From positions 413,628-477,627 of the forward strand of contig NMRA01000195.1 of the NCBI GenBank assembly GCA_002633005.1: a DNA stretch of 64,000 bases, in the 5' to 3' direction. Below, piece by piece: positions 1 through 13,100 of this stretch; position 1 is the first letter of the stretch, and each line of letters begins with the position of its first letter. The notes below the pieces were generated by a model that saw nothing but the letters and a program-made list of their open reading frames with translations, did no database searches and had not been told where the DNA came from. Source of the stretch: Phoronis australis (Eukaryota > Animalia > Phoronida). Both the position numbers and the translations under genes were made by a program.

Positions 1-252
1 CTATTGGAAGGGTTTATTGAGGTGTGTCACATACTCTGGGTAGATCGTTTGTTTACAGGTATGGGGAAGGGGGAGGGTATTTTGCCCTAACAGGTATGTA
101 TGTCTTGGTGGATTCTTGATACTTTGACTGAGGTATTGCCTTGGGTTGGTAAATGAAAGATAAGATCACCGGGGAGGCGCTGCTGTTTTGGGTAGGGGTA
201 TTCATGAATGTTGTCTTGGCTACCCATATTTGAAGATACTAAGGTATTGTGA

Positions 253-418
253 CGGTCTGGATTTTGACTACAGAGGTGCAGCTCTTTTGGGTCGTTTGTT
301 ATAGAACCGGTCTGGATATTGACTACAGAGGTGCAGCTCTGTTGGATCGTTTGTTATAGAACCGGTCTGGATATTGACTACAGAGGTGCAGCTCTTTGGA
401 TCGTTTGTTATAGAACCG
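253..418. repeat. Tandem repeat, 3 copies of a ~55-bp unit
   Basis: Unit cggtctggat(a/t)ttgactacagaggtgcagctct..tgg(a/g)tcgtttgttatagaac starts at 253, 308 and 363. Confidence 0.9.
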
Positions 419-1295
419 AGAATGGGGGGATAAACTTGAAGTACCCAGACATTTAGACCCACTGTCATTGCTTGAATGGACGAGTACTGTCATCTTCAGA
501 TTTATACTGTGATAGTTTTTCGGTTATGTATAATTGAGTTGGTCTTTTTCTGACGTTTTTATTAGCAAAACCTCAGAAGTTAGTTTTGTTTATTTTCTAA
601 GAAACTTTCTTGGAATAATGATTCTTTTGAGTTTTAAGACTGGAAAATCTGATCGCCTGGTCATCATGAGCTTGGCATTATTTTAATTGTGTTCGTTATT
701 GTTGTACGTATTAAAGTGTACTAAATACAATGTGAGAAATCATTCATTATTGTCTTGCTATGCCCTGTAGTACAGTGGCAGGTCACCTGCTCTGAATTCA
801 TGTGCATGTGATTTACATTACAGAAGTGTAATGGTAGTCAGTGCAAGACATGCACAAGTATTTGTGGTGCCTCTGCGCATGCCCTGGTTCGAATATCTCA
901 GTATTGCAAATGAATGCTTTGTTGAAGTGCTTAAAAACCACCATTTACCTTTTTCTGATAAACTGGCTACATTTGACTTGAGTTCTTGAGTTGCCGGCTC
1001 ATCATATTCAAGGTCGGGTGAGTAAGATGGTAAACTGGCTTAATAATTCTACTTTGGCAGCTTAACAGCGCTTTACTTAATTCCACTTCAACAGGTCTTG
1101 TACCCTGGCTGCATGAAGCCTGACGGGGCCCATTACCAGACGAAGTCTGGGGGTCACGTATCCTCTGTCGTAGCGCTAGCGCCACCTGCACCTCCAGTAC
1201 CACTGTTAATTTGACTCGACTTCCACTCTTTCCGTCACCACCAATCAAGGATTAAATTTCTTAAATAACTTTATAGATCTACAATGAACATTTAA

Positions 1296-2367
1296 AGGCG
1301 AAGACAACCATTTTTCATGTCATTTTTAGCAAAAACATATTTTTCACTTAATTACAGCTTTTCGTAATTTAATGAATTATTCGTTCTGTACTCTCCGAAA
1401 GTAACGTTTTGGGAGACAATTTCTTTTCATATAGTCTAGACTGTGAGAGCTGTCGAGTCAGTTATTGTGCTACCTCGGTTGTGATAAGTTCGGTCGTCAT
1501 TTGCTTTTGTTTACGAGCCAGTCAACATGCCACACTGTTGCTGAGCCCTGCTGCGATGTTGAGTAGTGGGAGTGAATACTAACCCAGTTCGACACCCAGT
1601 GAAGAGTATGCGGCACCCAGCCTTTAATATGGGAGGGGGGGCTCGAATTTCTGACGATGTAGACCTTTTACCGACAAAATAGCCGGACTAAAAAAAAAAA
1701 CAAAAAAAAACGGGGTACTTCGTCCAGAGCTGTGAATTGTGCGTTTGCGCCTTTTTAGAGGACTTTTTGTCTCCTTTTCTCTGACTTTTTGTTTCTCTGA
1801 GGCGGACCTTTTTGTCCACCTCGCCAAATTTGGGGGCTCGTTCGAGCCCTCCCGAGCCCCCTACCCGGGTGCGCGCATGAAGAGGACGGTTCGTCGCTCC
1901 ATCGGTAAGCCAAACTTTGACAAGTTTATTGTGGACTTGTCTGAAGTATTGGAGCTATTTAGGAGGTGCCAGCTGTGAGGCGAGGGAGTCACACGGCAGG
2001 ATGTAAACAGTTTGTCATTGCTCAGGTCACTATCCAACGGGAGTGTGTCACGGGACACTCGGGCAAATGGGACAGTTTTGCCTCTGTGCATGAGACGATC
2101 CCGGTACGCAGGAACAGTGTGGCATGTTGACTGACTTGTAAACAAAAGCAAACGACGACCAACTTTATCACAACCGAGATAGAACAATGACTGTCTCTCA
2201 TAGTCGGACTATATGAAAAGAAATTCTTGCATCCCAAAATGTCACTTCTGGAGTAGAGGACGAGTTATTGATTAAATTACAAAAAGCTGTAATTAACTGA
2301 CAAAATATGTCTTGGATAATCAATAAACCTTGTTTTTGCTAAACATGGGAAAATGTTGTCTTCGCCT
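1296..2367. mobile_element. Non-autonomous DNA transposon (MITE), TTAA-flanked, Kolobok-like
   Basis: TTAA|AGGCGAAGACAAC ... GTTGTCTTCGCCT|TTAA. Imperfect inverted repeats continue for >150 bp (aattacagctttt/aaaagctgtaatt, ttcttttcatatagtc/gactatatgaaaagaa). TTAA TSD with RR..YY termini fits Kolobok; the superfamily is inferred. Confidence 0.8.
1607..1879 (-). mobile_element. Short MITE, CATGCGCGCACCC family, nested in the Kolobok-like element
   Basis: Ends are tatgcggcacccag ... cgggtgcgcgcatg, flanked on both sides by AAGAG (5-bp TSD). The body matches copies at 28655, 36517 and 62435. Confidence 0.8.
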
Positions 2368-3693
2368 TTAAAAGTGTCAATTGCAGATCTATAGAGTGAG
2401 ATGTTTTTGATATCGTTTAATTTCTACAAACATGATGAGTGCCAAAAACTTGTTTGGGATAATATCTTTCGAGGGCTTCCAGTTCAAGGACTCCGTTGAC
2501 AAAAATGACGGCGTAACCAGTTAAAACACTCGAGTCTTGATTTTGGATAGCCGAGGTCTTTGTTTAAAAGGGCTTAAAACGAAAATCCCAGAAAAGGGAA
2601 TAAAGGATTAAAATTATGTACGTTTCGTGCAGAAAACAAATTTTGGTGGAAAATACGGCAATTACCGCGATAAATGTTGACCTGAAAAAACGCAGTCTTG
2701 TTCTAAGCATTGCTTTTGCGGATATAACATCAAGGATTTTTAAAATGCAAAGCTCGATACTCGAAAGCTTGAAATTTGATCCTTGGTAACTAAGGAAGCT
2801 AAATTCATGTACCTTCATTGTCCAGGGGTTTAATTCACTTGTATACAAAAATCATAGACAACAAAGATTATGTATTCAAAACTGATTCATGGACGCTTTT
2901 GACGCCACTTGACTCCTTACAGTATCAACGAGGCTCTAAGGGTGTTCCAGTCTTGCTCCACATGCTCTTCGATCGTTTACATTCGATTGCATTGCATTGT
3001 GTGGTACGACTGTACCGCAAAACAGGTTACGAAAATAAATGATCGGAGCCGATAGTTTGTTGTAACCTCAGGGCAGACTCGACTAACTCAATGACTACTC
3101 GCTCTCTTTTAGCCAATCAAAAGGCTGTCCTCTTCCTCAACAAAGCGAAATGTTCAGATTCTGGAAATGACAAATAGCTGTGTTTTCTTTTTGTTGGTAT
3201 TTTCCATTGGTCTACCCATGCAACACAAAGTAGCGCATTACCTCACAAATTCGTACAGTTGCGATTTTATGCTTGTTAGGCCCAAGAAATAAAACTTTTA
3301 TCTTTTTATAATGCTACATTGATTACCGCGCGTGTTTTTGCTTTGTTCAGTTGTGCACCTAGAAGTAAACATAGCTTTTTTACCCTAACAACTGACCTAC
3401 GATGAATATCCGGGAATCTAGAGCACAGTCTATATGTGTACGTGTGTTTAACCTTCAACCTTATGTGATTACAGCGTCGACCCGATTAGACCTCCAATTG
3501 ATGTGTTATGACATTTTTGTATAATGGGTTGTGTAAATAACGCTTTGCGCTCCAAAACCGTCACCTTAATTCGCGGGTTCATGTGAGGCAAACAATCTAT
3601 ATTTATGACGGACATCTGCGCGCCCTCGCACTGAGTCGGTCCATGCGATGCACGGTTGGGTTGAAGTGAGTTCAGATAAGACACCCACTTCGG

Positions 3694-3700
3694 TATATAA
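3694..3700 (+). promoter_or_regulatory. Candidate TATA box of the TINAGL1-like gene
   Basis: TATATAAG ~180 bp upstream of the ATG at 3875, in a CpG-richer segment. A CRE-like TACGTCA follows at 3722. Positional inference only. Confidence 0.45.
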
Positions 3701-3874
3701 GACATTGTTTGGTCGCTGAGCTACGTCATTTGGTTTCGCGAGCCATAAGGGCTGAAGGAAACGGTCGAGGCTGAAAAAGACGATTGCAAAGATCGCGACG
3801 ACGTTGAAAAGGAAAAGTTTTGTTCGTTAAATTATTTTTTCTTCTTTTGATTAATTGTGACAATAGACATCATT

Positions 3875-4154
3875 ATGAATATTTATTTTTACGGACTTGC
3901 GTACTTGTGTGTGATTTCCTCGGTATCGGAGGCACAATGGTGCAGTCAGCGCTCGTCGACTCCTAAGTGCTGTCCGGGGAGAACTGACGCGTGCACGGCA
4001 CCTATCCAAGACACACTTTGTTACTGTGATATTTTCTGTAACAGAACCGTTACCGACTGTTGCCCGGACTTTTGGCAGTTCTGCCTGGGTATCGAGCCGC
4101 CAACTGGGGCTTGGACCGTACCAACCACTGCTCGACCAATCGATATCGTAACAA
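3875..4154 (+). CDS. TINAGL1: TINAGL1-like exon 1 (signal peptide + somatomedin-B-like Cys-rich domain)
   Basis: MNIYFYGLAYLCVISSVSEAQWCSQRSSTPKCCPGRTDACTAPIQDTLCYCDIFCNRTVTDCCPDFWQFC...; donor GTAAGT at 4155. Confidence 0.9.
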
Positions 4155-7100
4155 GTAAGTGTCTTCACATCGAATACTAGGAATGGTACGTGCTTTGTAG
4201 TGTTTGTTATTATTCATTAAGTGGTAACATTTCTGTCTTTTCAATCGCCTGTGCCGGACTCGCAGAAAGCCTGCCGGAATCAAAAACTAGGTTTGTGTAC
4301 TATCTGTGGTTATGCAATCTAGAGCAATAAACCACGTCGTATCAGTCGTAACTGTGGACTATTTACTGGGATAAAACGTCTACTTCCTAAGATCACACCG
4401 TCAATCTCAGTTAATCAGTAAGGTGTCACTATACCAAAGTCGAACTAACATCGTAAAATTGGCTAAAACGGAAATCAAAACTAGGCCTTTTACCTGTTCA
4501 TGAAATTGGTCTCATAAGATTCCTTATCGTGATAAGATTCTATTAATTGAGACGTATTTTAAAATATTAAAAGTTACATTTCACCATTTGGCACGTTCTT
4601 TCACGTCCTTAATCAACCACTGCTGTAGGTACTTATCCTGCAACTGTATCAGTAATTATTCTAGGGCAAACCGTTAATCTAAAAAAACCGTGCTCCCCGC
4701 GGTATTTTTCCAGACTCTTTATCAAGATCTATGAATGGATAAAGACAGTCGAGATATGGGACTCTTGCACTTTTTCTTGAGTGTTCACCCGGCCGAAAGT
4801 TTTTCTCTCAATGCTCATTGTAGTAAACGGCCGGAATGAAGGCGATTCAAAGGGTTTTCTGTCGACTGTAGAAATTATTACTAAACATAGATAACGCTGA
4901 GTTGGGTTGGCCATGAAAGGTCTAGATATTTGTTGATTAATGTTTCAACATCTTAGTTACAAACCATCACCGTCGTCCTCGTCGACTTTTTTACCGTCAT
5001 CCTCATTGTCACTGTCATCATCATGGTCAAAGTCTTCTCAGAACTTGTGTTATCTGACTCCCTTCTCTAGAGCTGTTTATAATCAATTCTTCTCAGGTAT
5101 ACGATTGTCTAGTCTAAGTCAATATACACGTAGGTCTATCTCCTTGACTGATCATGAACACGGCTTATAGTTTGGCCGTTTTCTTTGATACAAGAGCACG
5201 AATTTGTCAAGAGCATGTATTTGTAGGTATACATGTAAACGAAATATAACCACTGTTTTATTTAGTAGAGCAGTCAATTATACATTGCGCAAACTAGTGC
5301 GGTAGGCGCCAGAGGAAGGCACTTGTACCTGTGTGTCTGTGTACACACGGATGACGTTTGTCAGAGTACTTGTACCACTTTGGTATCAAATGCAAAAATG
5401 GGTTGTTTTTTAACTTATGTATTTCAGATATATTAACATCTCGTGTCTTTAACAGGCTACTACGATAACACATTACAACTACGTAGTACATTTTATGGAA
5501 TTGGAAATGATGGTAATTGGTTTAGTCTTGCGGTTAGTCTATCTGAGTGAAGACATCGATTTTTTGCCAGTAATATCACACACGTGATAAACTTCCATTG
5601 CCCCCTTGGGCTGCATTTTATTCATAACAAATATCACAGTTGGCGATTTCAGAGGCGTAACTGCGGAGGGTTGAACCTGTGTGAGAAAAATACCCTTAAA
5701 AACCGTCATATTCACTGATTCCAACCCTCTGTAGTCATCGTCAACAGTTTACCTAATTACATCACTGACACCATTTCCGACAAGGTATTACGGGCCAACG
5801 GGAAGAAGGTCACCTGTACAAGTAGTAACTTAATTACCCTGCGCTCCATTATAAAATTCACGGCTTTTTATGCCAACAAATCTCTTATTCTACATTGCGT
5901 GAACGTGGATAAACCGTGTGTCATAAAAATCTGCAACTATAGTCACTACCGTCACTAGCCAAGTTTCGGTCCTGGTGGCTTTCGAAAATGTTCAACAACT
6001 GCGAAAGAAAAAATCCTTAGACTTTGATGTGTTCGCGCTAACCTCGAATTGGTTTCAAAATCCACCAAAGCCTAATTCAAACACAAATTGGTAGCCAACG
6101 AATACATTTTTGCGAGACCGAACCAGACATGCATGACACATCACCCACATATTAAAGATTTCGTGTCGACGGCAGGTAAACATACATTTACGCATCAGTA
6201 CACCTGTTTAGCGTAACCTAGACCAGGTTTCTTAAGAAAGAAAAAATAACGATATCTCGCAATACGTCGATGAAATCATGCCAATGTTTCGCCAATTTGC
6301 TCGGGAGCTTTCTAGCCTATCTGAACAAAATGACGGCCACTACAGTGAATGTGGAATCATGACGGGATTGGCTTCAACGTTTCATTTCCATAAGCTGTGT
6401 GGTCTGATTTTTGCGGCCAGGGCAAAACAGTAGCGTGGGGATATGAAGTGCAGTCTTGATTAACCCACGCGAGCCCGACAGTTTAGGCCGAACGTTATAT
6501 GTTGATTACGAACATTATCGGTTTTACGGTTGAAAAACGCATTTTTAGACTATTGTTGGATGGGATAGACCTCTTGAAGTTATTTGCTTTGACCAAAGCT
6601 ATATAGCAACAAAATCCGTCATGGTTTTGTGATTTTATTATAAATTGCCAATTTTCTCTGTTGTCTGACAGACATTTGCTGAAACTAAGGTCGGTGTCTT
6701 TAAAATTTGAATGCGCTTAAAATAGTCGGCGTCGGATTTAGTTAAGCGGCAGATCGTTCGGCTACATATATCAGTGGCGGATTTAGGGGGGGGGGGCAAG
6801 GGGGCCATGGCCCCCCTAAAATTCTGCCAGATACCATTTGGCAGTTCGGGTGTGAATTGCTGACTAGCACATGCGCGCAACCAGGGGGGCTCTTGAGGTG
6901 AAAAAAAAAACGTTTACCGTTCTTTTTTTAGTCAAAAGGTCCGCAAACCCAAAAATTCGAGACCCCTGCATCCCTACATTTTAGGCTGGGCGCGCGTATC
7001 TGCCGAAATTCTGGTTATTCCTGTGTCCTGCTCCCCCCAACTCAAAATCCTGGATCCGCCCCTGTATACTTCTACAGACCTCGTGGAATCGACTCTGCGC

Positions 7101-10100
7101 TTCCGCTAATTTCTGTAAAATTATTTTTCTCGCTGAGAATGTCTATTTAATTTCGATCCTAGATCTCCGCACTAATCAGAGACTGTTGTCGCGGTGAGCG
7201 ACTATTAGGTTATCTTCTGATAATATCCTGATGATCAGGAGTCGACCTGATTATTTGCACATGTCATTGAGTTCTATGTCAGTATGTCGACAAAAAATAA
7301 ATCATTTCCAACTTTTATATTGTTAAAACATGAAGCGCGCACATTCAAAGGCCCGAAACTCTACTACTAAATTGGGACAATTGTAATTCATAAGTGCGAC
7401 AGAAACACCACTTTAAGATGTGTGAGCCAATTACCAAACCTCAATCATGGTCAATATTGTGCCGGATTGCATTATAATACAAAAATCTTATTAACGCAAA
7501 ATCAAGACTAGCGGCACATGAGTCACTCCGTTGGTGTTACGCTCATTCAATACAAGAGTCGACATTCCGCATTTTCCGTATGACGTTGTTATTATATTAT
7601 AGCATGTATGTAGTATTGAACATGGAAATAGACGAGCGTATCGAATGAGCATGGTTGGTACAACCTACATGAAAGTGTGTTCTGTAGACGAACATTCTAG
7701 CGAACGCTGACCAAAGCGAGATCACGCCAGATAAAATGTCGCGAATGAAAACAAGTGTTTCGAATTGATTGTCGTGTGGAACAGTTGAAACTGCAGTCTT
7801 TTGTTGCAGAGCCCATAATTATTTGAATAATATTCAAGGGAGGTCTACTTGTACGTTCTTATTTCCCTCGTCGAAGTTCAAGTTCTCTTGCAATTCCTGA
7901 CCGTATGAACACTTAAGATCAAACGTCATATAAACATACTTTCAGTACATCGGAATTGCTTTTCCATTGATTTTGTCGAAGAACTTTTTAAAAACGGAAT
8001 TTGTGCAGTCGACTTCAACTAGTTACCACTGTTGTCATGGTAATCCTTTCGACTGTATGTTATTTACTTATTATTTATCCGTCAGTTAATTTTCTATAGC
8101 ATCCAATTTTTTCTGCTTTCGTTCTCCCTTCGTGTCTGAATGTATTTTCTCCTTTATTATCGGTGCTCTGTGTGTTCTGTCTATACTCACGTCTGTTTAT
8201 TTTTATCAGTTCAGTTGTAAAGAATCACCACACAAGTCAGAGTCTCGCTTTGTGATGCTATCCTTGTTGTACTCGTTCTATTTTTTCACGTGTTGCTATT
8301 TTATTTGTCTTCTTTATTTTTGTTCACGTCTCATTTTTACTGCCATTCATTCATCTGTGTTCTGCGTTCAGCCTAATAAAATCAACCACTCGGTCTAAAA
8401 TCATCTTAAATTCAACATTGGGCAAAGTTGCTGTTTTCGTTTAAATCGTGATCAAACCCCAAGTTAAAAAAACTGCACACTTGATATCAAACCACAGTAT
8501 TGCTCACTGCACAATCGAAATCAGTACCACCAATTTCTTGTCGATTCGTCACGTTTCGATTTGATCGGTTTTTCAATGCCTTGACAGAGAAAATACGCCA
8601 AGAACCGATATCACACATCTAACTTGAGGTCATTGCTTTGAACAAGGAGTTTATCAAGCGTGGACTCAGGTCAGAAATTGACGTTCATAGGGTCAATGAC
8701 TGTAGAGGAGAGGTCATTTGACAAGACGACGGTGGTTATGACCTGATATTATTGGAATTATGAAGCAAAACACCGCGTAGCGACAAATATGTCATTATCA
8801 AACGGATATCACACATTTTCCTCCCTAACTTAACATTCCATCGTCAATTCACTTCGCTGGCGACCACTTTGTCCACTTCAACAATAACAATAAAGTGATG
8901 TGAGAATAGTAATTGATTTTAAAGCCTATTTTGATGAACGGGTATTGGATGAACGGGTGTTGGTTGTCGCTCTGTAGCGGCAGTACCTCTTTTACTTTGG
9001 CACGTACATGTATACTGTTTTGGTGTTAGCCGGCACGTAGAACTGACGGAAACCTTATTTTACATCCCGTGCGTTTGCCTTGGTATAATACCACTTACAG
9101 GATTTTTGTTGGAGAACTCTCTACAGAATAATAAAAACACGACAAGCAAAAGATTTTATTTTTTTTCTTTTGTTTTTTGTATGATGCAACAGTAAACAAA
9201 AACAGTCTAATGAACTCAGTAACTTTCCAAACAAGGAAACCAATGCTGCCAGAAACCCGACTTGCTGTGTGCGGCGAAGTTTACAGCTTTCTTCTGGCTG
9301 CCATAACAAAGCTAAACATCACTGGAACTACTTGCGAAGCACTCGGCTTTCAGTCGCGTGATTTTGCGTGGACAAACTGACAAGAAACTATGTAAAATCC
9401 TTGGATTATGCCCTGTGGCACACATTTTCTACCGTTCTCATTATTTAATCATAGTTGTCATTGGTGATCACAAACTAAGAAATTATTTGTTTTAATCCAA
9501 TTACTGAAACACTTGGTGCTACGTTATTTAGAAGTTAATGTAATTACCGCATGAATAATGAACATATTCAACAAGTGAAAGCTCAAACAACAGGGAGTTG
9601 ATGAATAAACTTTCAGTGATTACGGAAATGGCTATTGCCTGCAGTTTTACACATGTCTGGTGTCATTTCACCATCTGCTGTGAAGTCCCAAGCACGTATT
9701 TTATGTGGATTGCCAAGAACTAGTACTTTTATTTGTGAGCCGAAAATAGCTAATTACTTCACTACCTATTATGCATCTGAGGTTGATTAATGCAGTCTCT
9801 GAGGATAGAAACGTAACCGCCAGTCACTGAGATAATTTGTGTTAATTATTTCTAGACTCTGATGCGCTCATCCTTACATCGCTAAACCTTTATTCACCGT
9901 GAAGTGGGAGTGGAAGACCAAATTTCTAAGTCTTAAGTCACTTTCATGAAATGGGCCCCAGACCAGTGGCTGATCTAAAGGGGGGGGACGCAGGGGAAGC
10001 CATGCCCCCCTCCAATAAAATTTTCCCGGATCTCATTTGGCGATTCGGAGGTGAGAATGTCTGACGGGCAAAAATCCTGGCTAATACTCTGCCCTGGCCC

Positions 10101-13100
10101 AACTCAAAGTCCTGGATCCGCCTCTGCAAACGTTCCGAACCATGTACATGTAGGAATCTGCACGATGTAGGACTGTTTCTTTATATTTCTATATAGTTCG
10201 GCACACTACGAGCTATAATAGAGTAACGTGTCCTAAAGTAACTTGCTCCTGGTCAATTTTCCCAGGCAAGTCAGTCTTTGACAGTTGTCTATGACATTTG
10301 CCGAGACCGAATGTCTGACTATCTGGACCCCGCGTGTGATTATGGGCGTCGCATTCGTTTACATTATTGCACAACAGAGCAGTTCAAGTGTGCAAAGTAA
10401 ATCCCAGAAAAGTTGATCTTATTGACATGGTCATCGCCGGGGTCAAACTATAGGTTACTCTGAAGAAATCTTTTCAAATAGATTAAGCACAATCTCAAGT
10501 GGATACTCCGCTACGCAAATATTACAACCAATTTAAAAGTTCGTTTGCCGGACTGTTCCAGTACTAAATGTGATTGATTAACTAATTAATTTTATTGTAA
10601 ATGCTGCTTTTATCTTGAAAAACTAGGTTAAAAGTTATGAACATTGTATTAACCTCAATTTGAAAAAGTTTATCATTAGGTATACGGTAAATGCTGTCCT
10701 GTAAGATTCTGTTATCTTTAAGATCCAAAGATCGCCACCATTTTCCACATTAAGGCGACGTATCAGAATCTGGTTATCGCATACGCAATTTAATAACATT
10801 TTTACGAAATGCTATTCTTGGAAGACACTATTTTGAGAATTTTCCGTTCTACTTTTGTGAGAAGTCATAAGCAGTGACTCATTTTCTGTGCTGGAATACA
10901 CTAGTGGTTAACGTTGAGGACTGTCTCCTATCTTGCGCTTGATAACTTGGAATCCGAAATCGCCGGAAATCGTGAGTTTTTACTCGAAATCTCTAGTTTT
11001 TACTCGAGTATGTGGACGAATCTACGGATCATCACCTGCAAACTGGGACAAGACACGCAACAGCATAAACTCGAGAACAGCAAAATAGGCAGTTTTCTCA
11101 TGAGCGGCGCACCATAGGGGGACTTTTTTCAGTGCTGCGCCGCTCATGGTATATAGGCGGTGTACCACAAGGCTATTGCCCCTCCCCACGTTTGTCAGTG
11201 CAGCGCCGCCCATGTATCTTGACTACCCGTAAGATGGGAAATGTCGTGTATCAGTTTGAGTACAAATATTAGAGCACAGGCCCAGATATTACGGTAATTA
11301 GTTTCTTCGCCAATCATTTCCATGCCGGATGAAGTTTCCTCGGTAAATAGGCTTCCGCGTCAGAAGAAGTTCCTTGAACTAGACTACTCTTTACGGAAAA
11401 CAGTACATTTAAATAAATGGGTGTTGTTCATAACTGATTTTAAACTTCACAGTTGTCTAATTTTGCAGTGGTACTTTTCTTGCATTTCGAGCAGGGTGAT
11501 CTTAATCAGAGCTATGTGACTTAGCTCGGCATTGTTCATTACGGATTCATATTATATTTCAACTTATTACTAATTTGATGCAAAATCAAATCACTTCGAT
11601 AAGTGATACTGGCAAATACTGGCTTACATAAATGAAAATTCTTCACTTATCGTCAGATGAAAGGAAACGATATGCATGCACACGAGTGGCCAGGAAACTT
11701 ATTTACCAGGGAAACCCATGGCATCGACAAGCAAAGCACGTTTACTGAAAAGCGTCTTAGGAAATATTCCTGATTAACTATTACCCTCTCATCTATGTTG
11801 CCGGCCTCCTTGTCTTCGGGGCGGATAACGGTGCCTCGGCTGCTCAGCTTATCCCATGGCTATAAACCCCCAATATCAAATAATCACCACTGTTCGGCAA
11901 ACAACACGAGACGCGCACACATCGACATATTAATTTAAATGGCGTAACCTTATTATTATGCGTTTGTCAGTAATTAACGCGTTAATTATGTAAAAGAATG
12001 TGATTATTCTCAGGGCACACATGTCCAAACAATTGGCTGCGCCACAGCGTATTCTCACCCTTAGCAGCACAAGGCCAAAACTAAGAGTTTAGTGCTCTTT
12101 CAGTCTGGGTAGACCAGGTTTTCAACGACGCTATACTTTCATTTATACAGTCGAGATAATATTGTGAATCCTTATGAAACATACATTTCATCTTTAGCCG
12201 GTAAAAACCCAGCTTAAGTTATGTCACATTGATAAAATTTATTTTGTTTGAAGATTGAGTATCCATTAAAGGATAACGCACGCCAAAGAAGAGCGCTTTT
12301 TTGTTTGTTTATTAACCACACAAGGCTGACATCCCACGACCATATTTTTGGGTAGCGCATCATTAACCTGTAAATGGCATCCTGTGTTTCATCAAATTCA
12401 AACAAATACAAATTGTCGTGTACCCATTTTCAAAAGCCTTATTAAAATGCGCAAATTTCACCACGTCTTTCTTGATGACGGCTGTACAACATAAACACGA
12501 AGTTAAGATTTTTCACCGTTTACTTTTATTGGAAATTCGACGAACTTTCCACTGTTCCGTCACATGGTTTTTCTATAAGTTCAATAAACTGAAATGTAGT
12601 GTCATCATTCCGTAAATGCGCTTCGAAGTGTTCCATAAATTTTCTTACGTATCACACGGAAAAACAGACAAATGTGGGAGTTAGGGTCACTCCGTTATCG
12701 TCTGCTGTCGGAGGTGTAATAGATGGTTTTTACTTCGAAAACATGATGTACACCATGTGTGTCTGATACTAGCACTAGTGAATGGTATGAGATAAACGCA
12801 AACATTCTCTAAAAATAGGCTGCTGGATGGGCTGTAGCTTACTTGACAGGAACATTTGCATTTTAAAACGTGTTCGGAGAACTGGCTATAAAAAAATCAA
12901 ACGGGTTGTGATTTTATTCAGTGATTCTGAGAAAGGTATTCGTTTTGCTCGTCATCGGTTTGCACAGGGTACGTGTTTCACGACACGCTGCTTTGCGCAC
13001 GAAAGGAAACCCAATCTGGGTTTTAGGAACTTGGTCTTGTTTGTTCAACACATTAATTTTACTTTGCATTGTGAGTCGTCTTTTTCACGGTATTAGTTGT

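Noticed and set aside
253-418. CRISPR-like regular repeats
   Set aside because: Units are contiguous 55-mers with no unique spacers, in a eukaryotic context; this is a minisatellite.
12200-12420. Putative enhancer (Fox/TCF/Runx-like words)
   Set aside because: Short motifs expected by chance in AT-rich DNA; no conservation data available.
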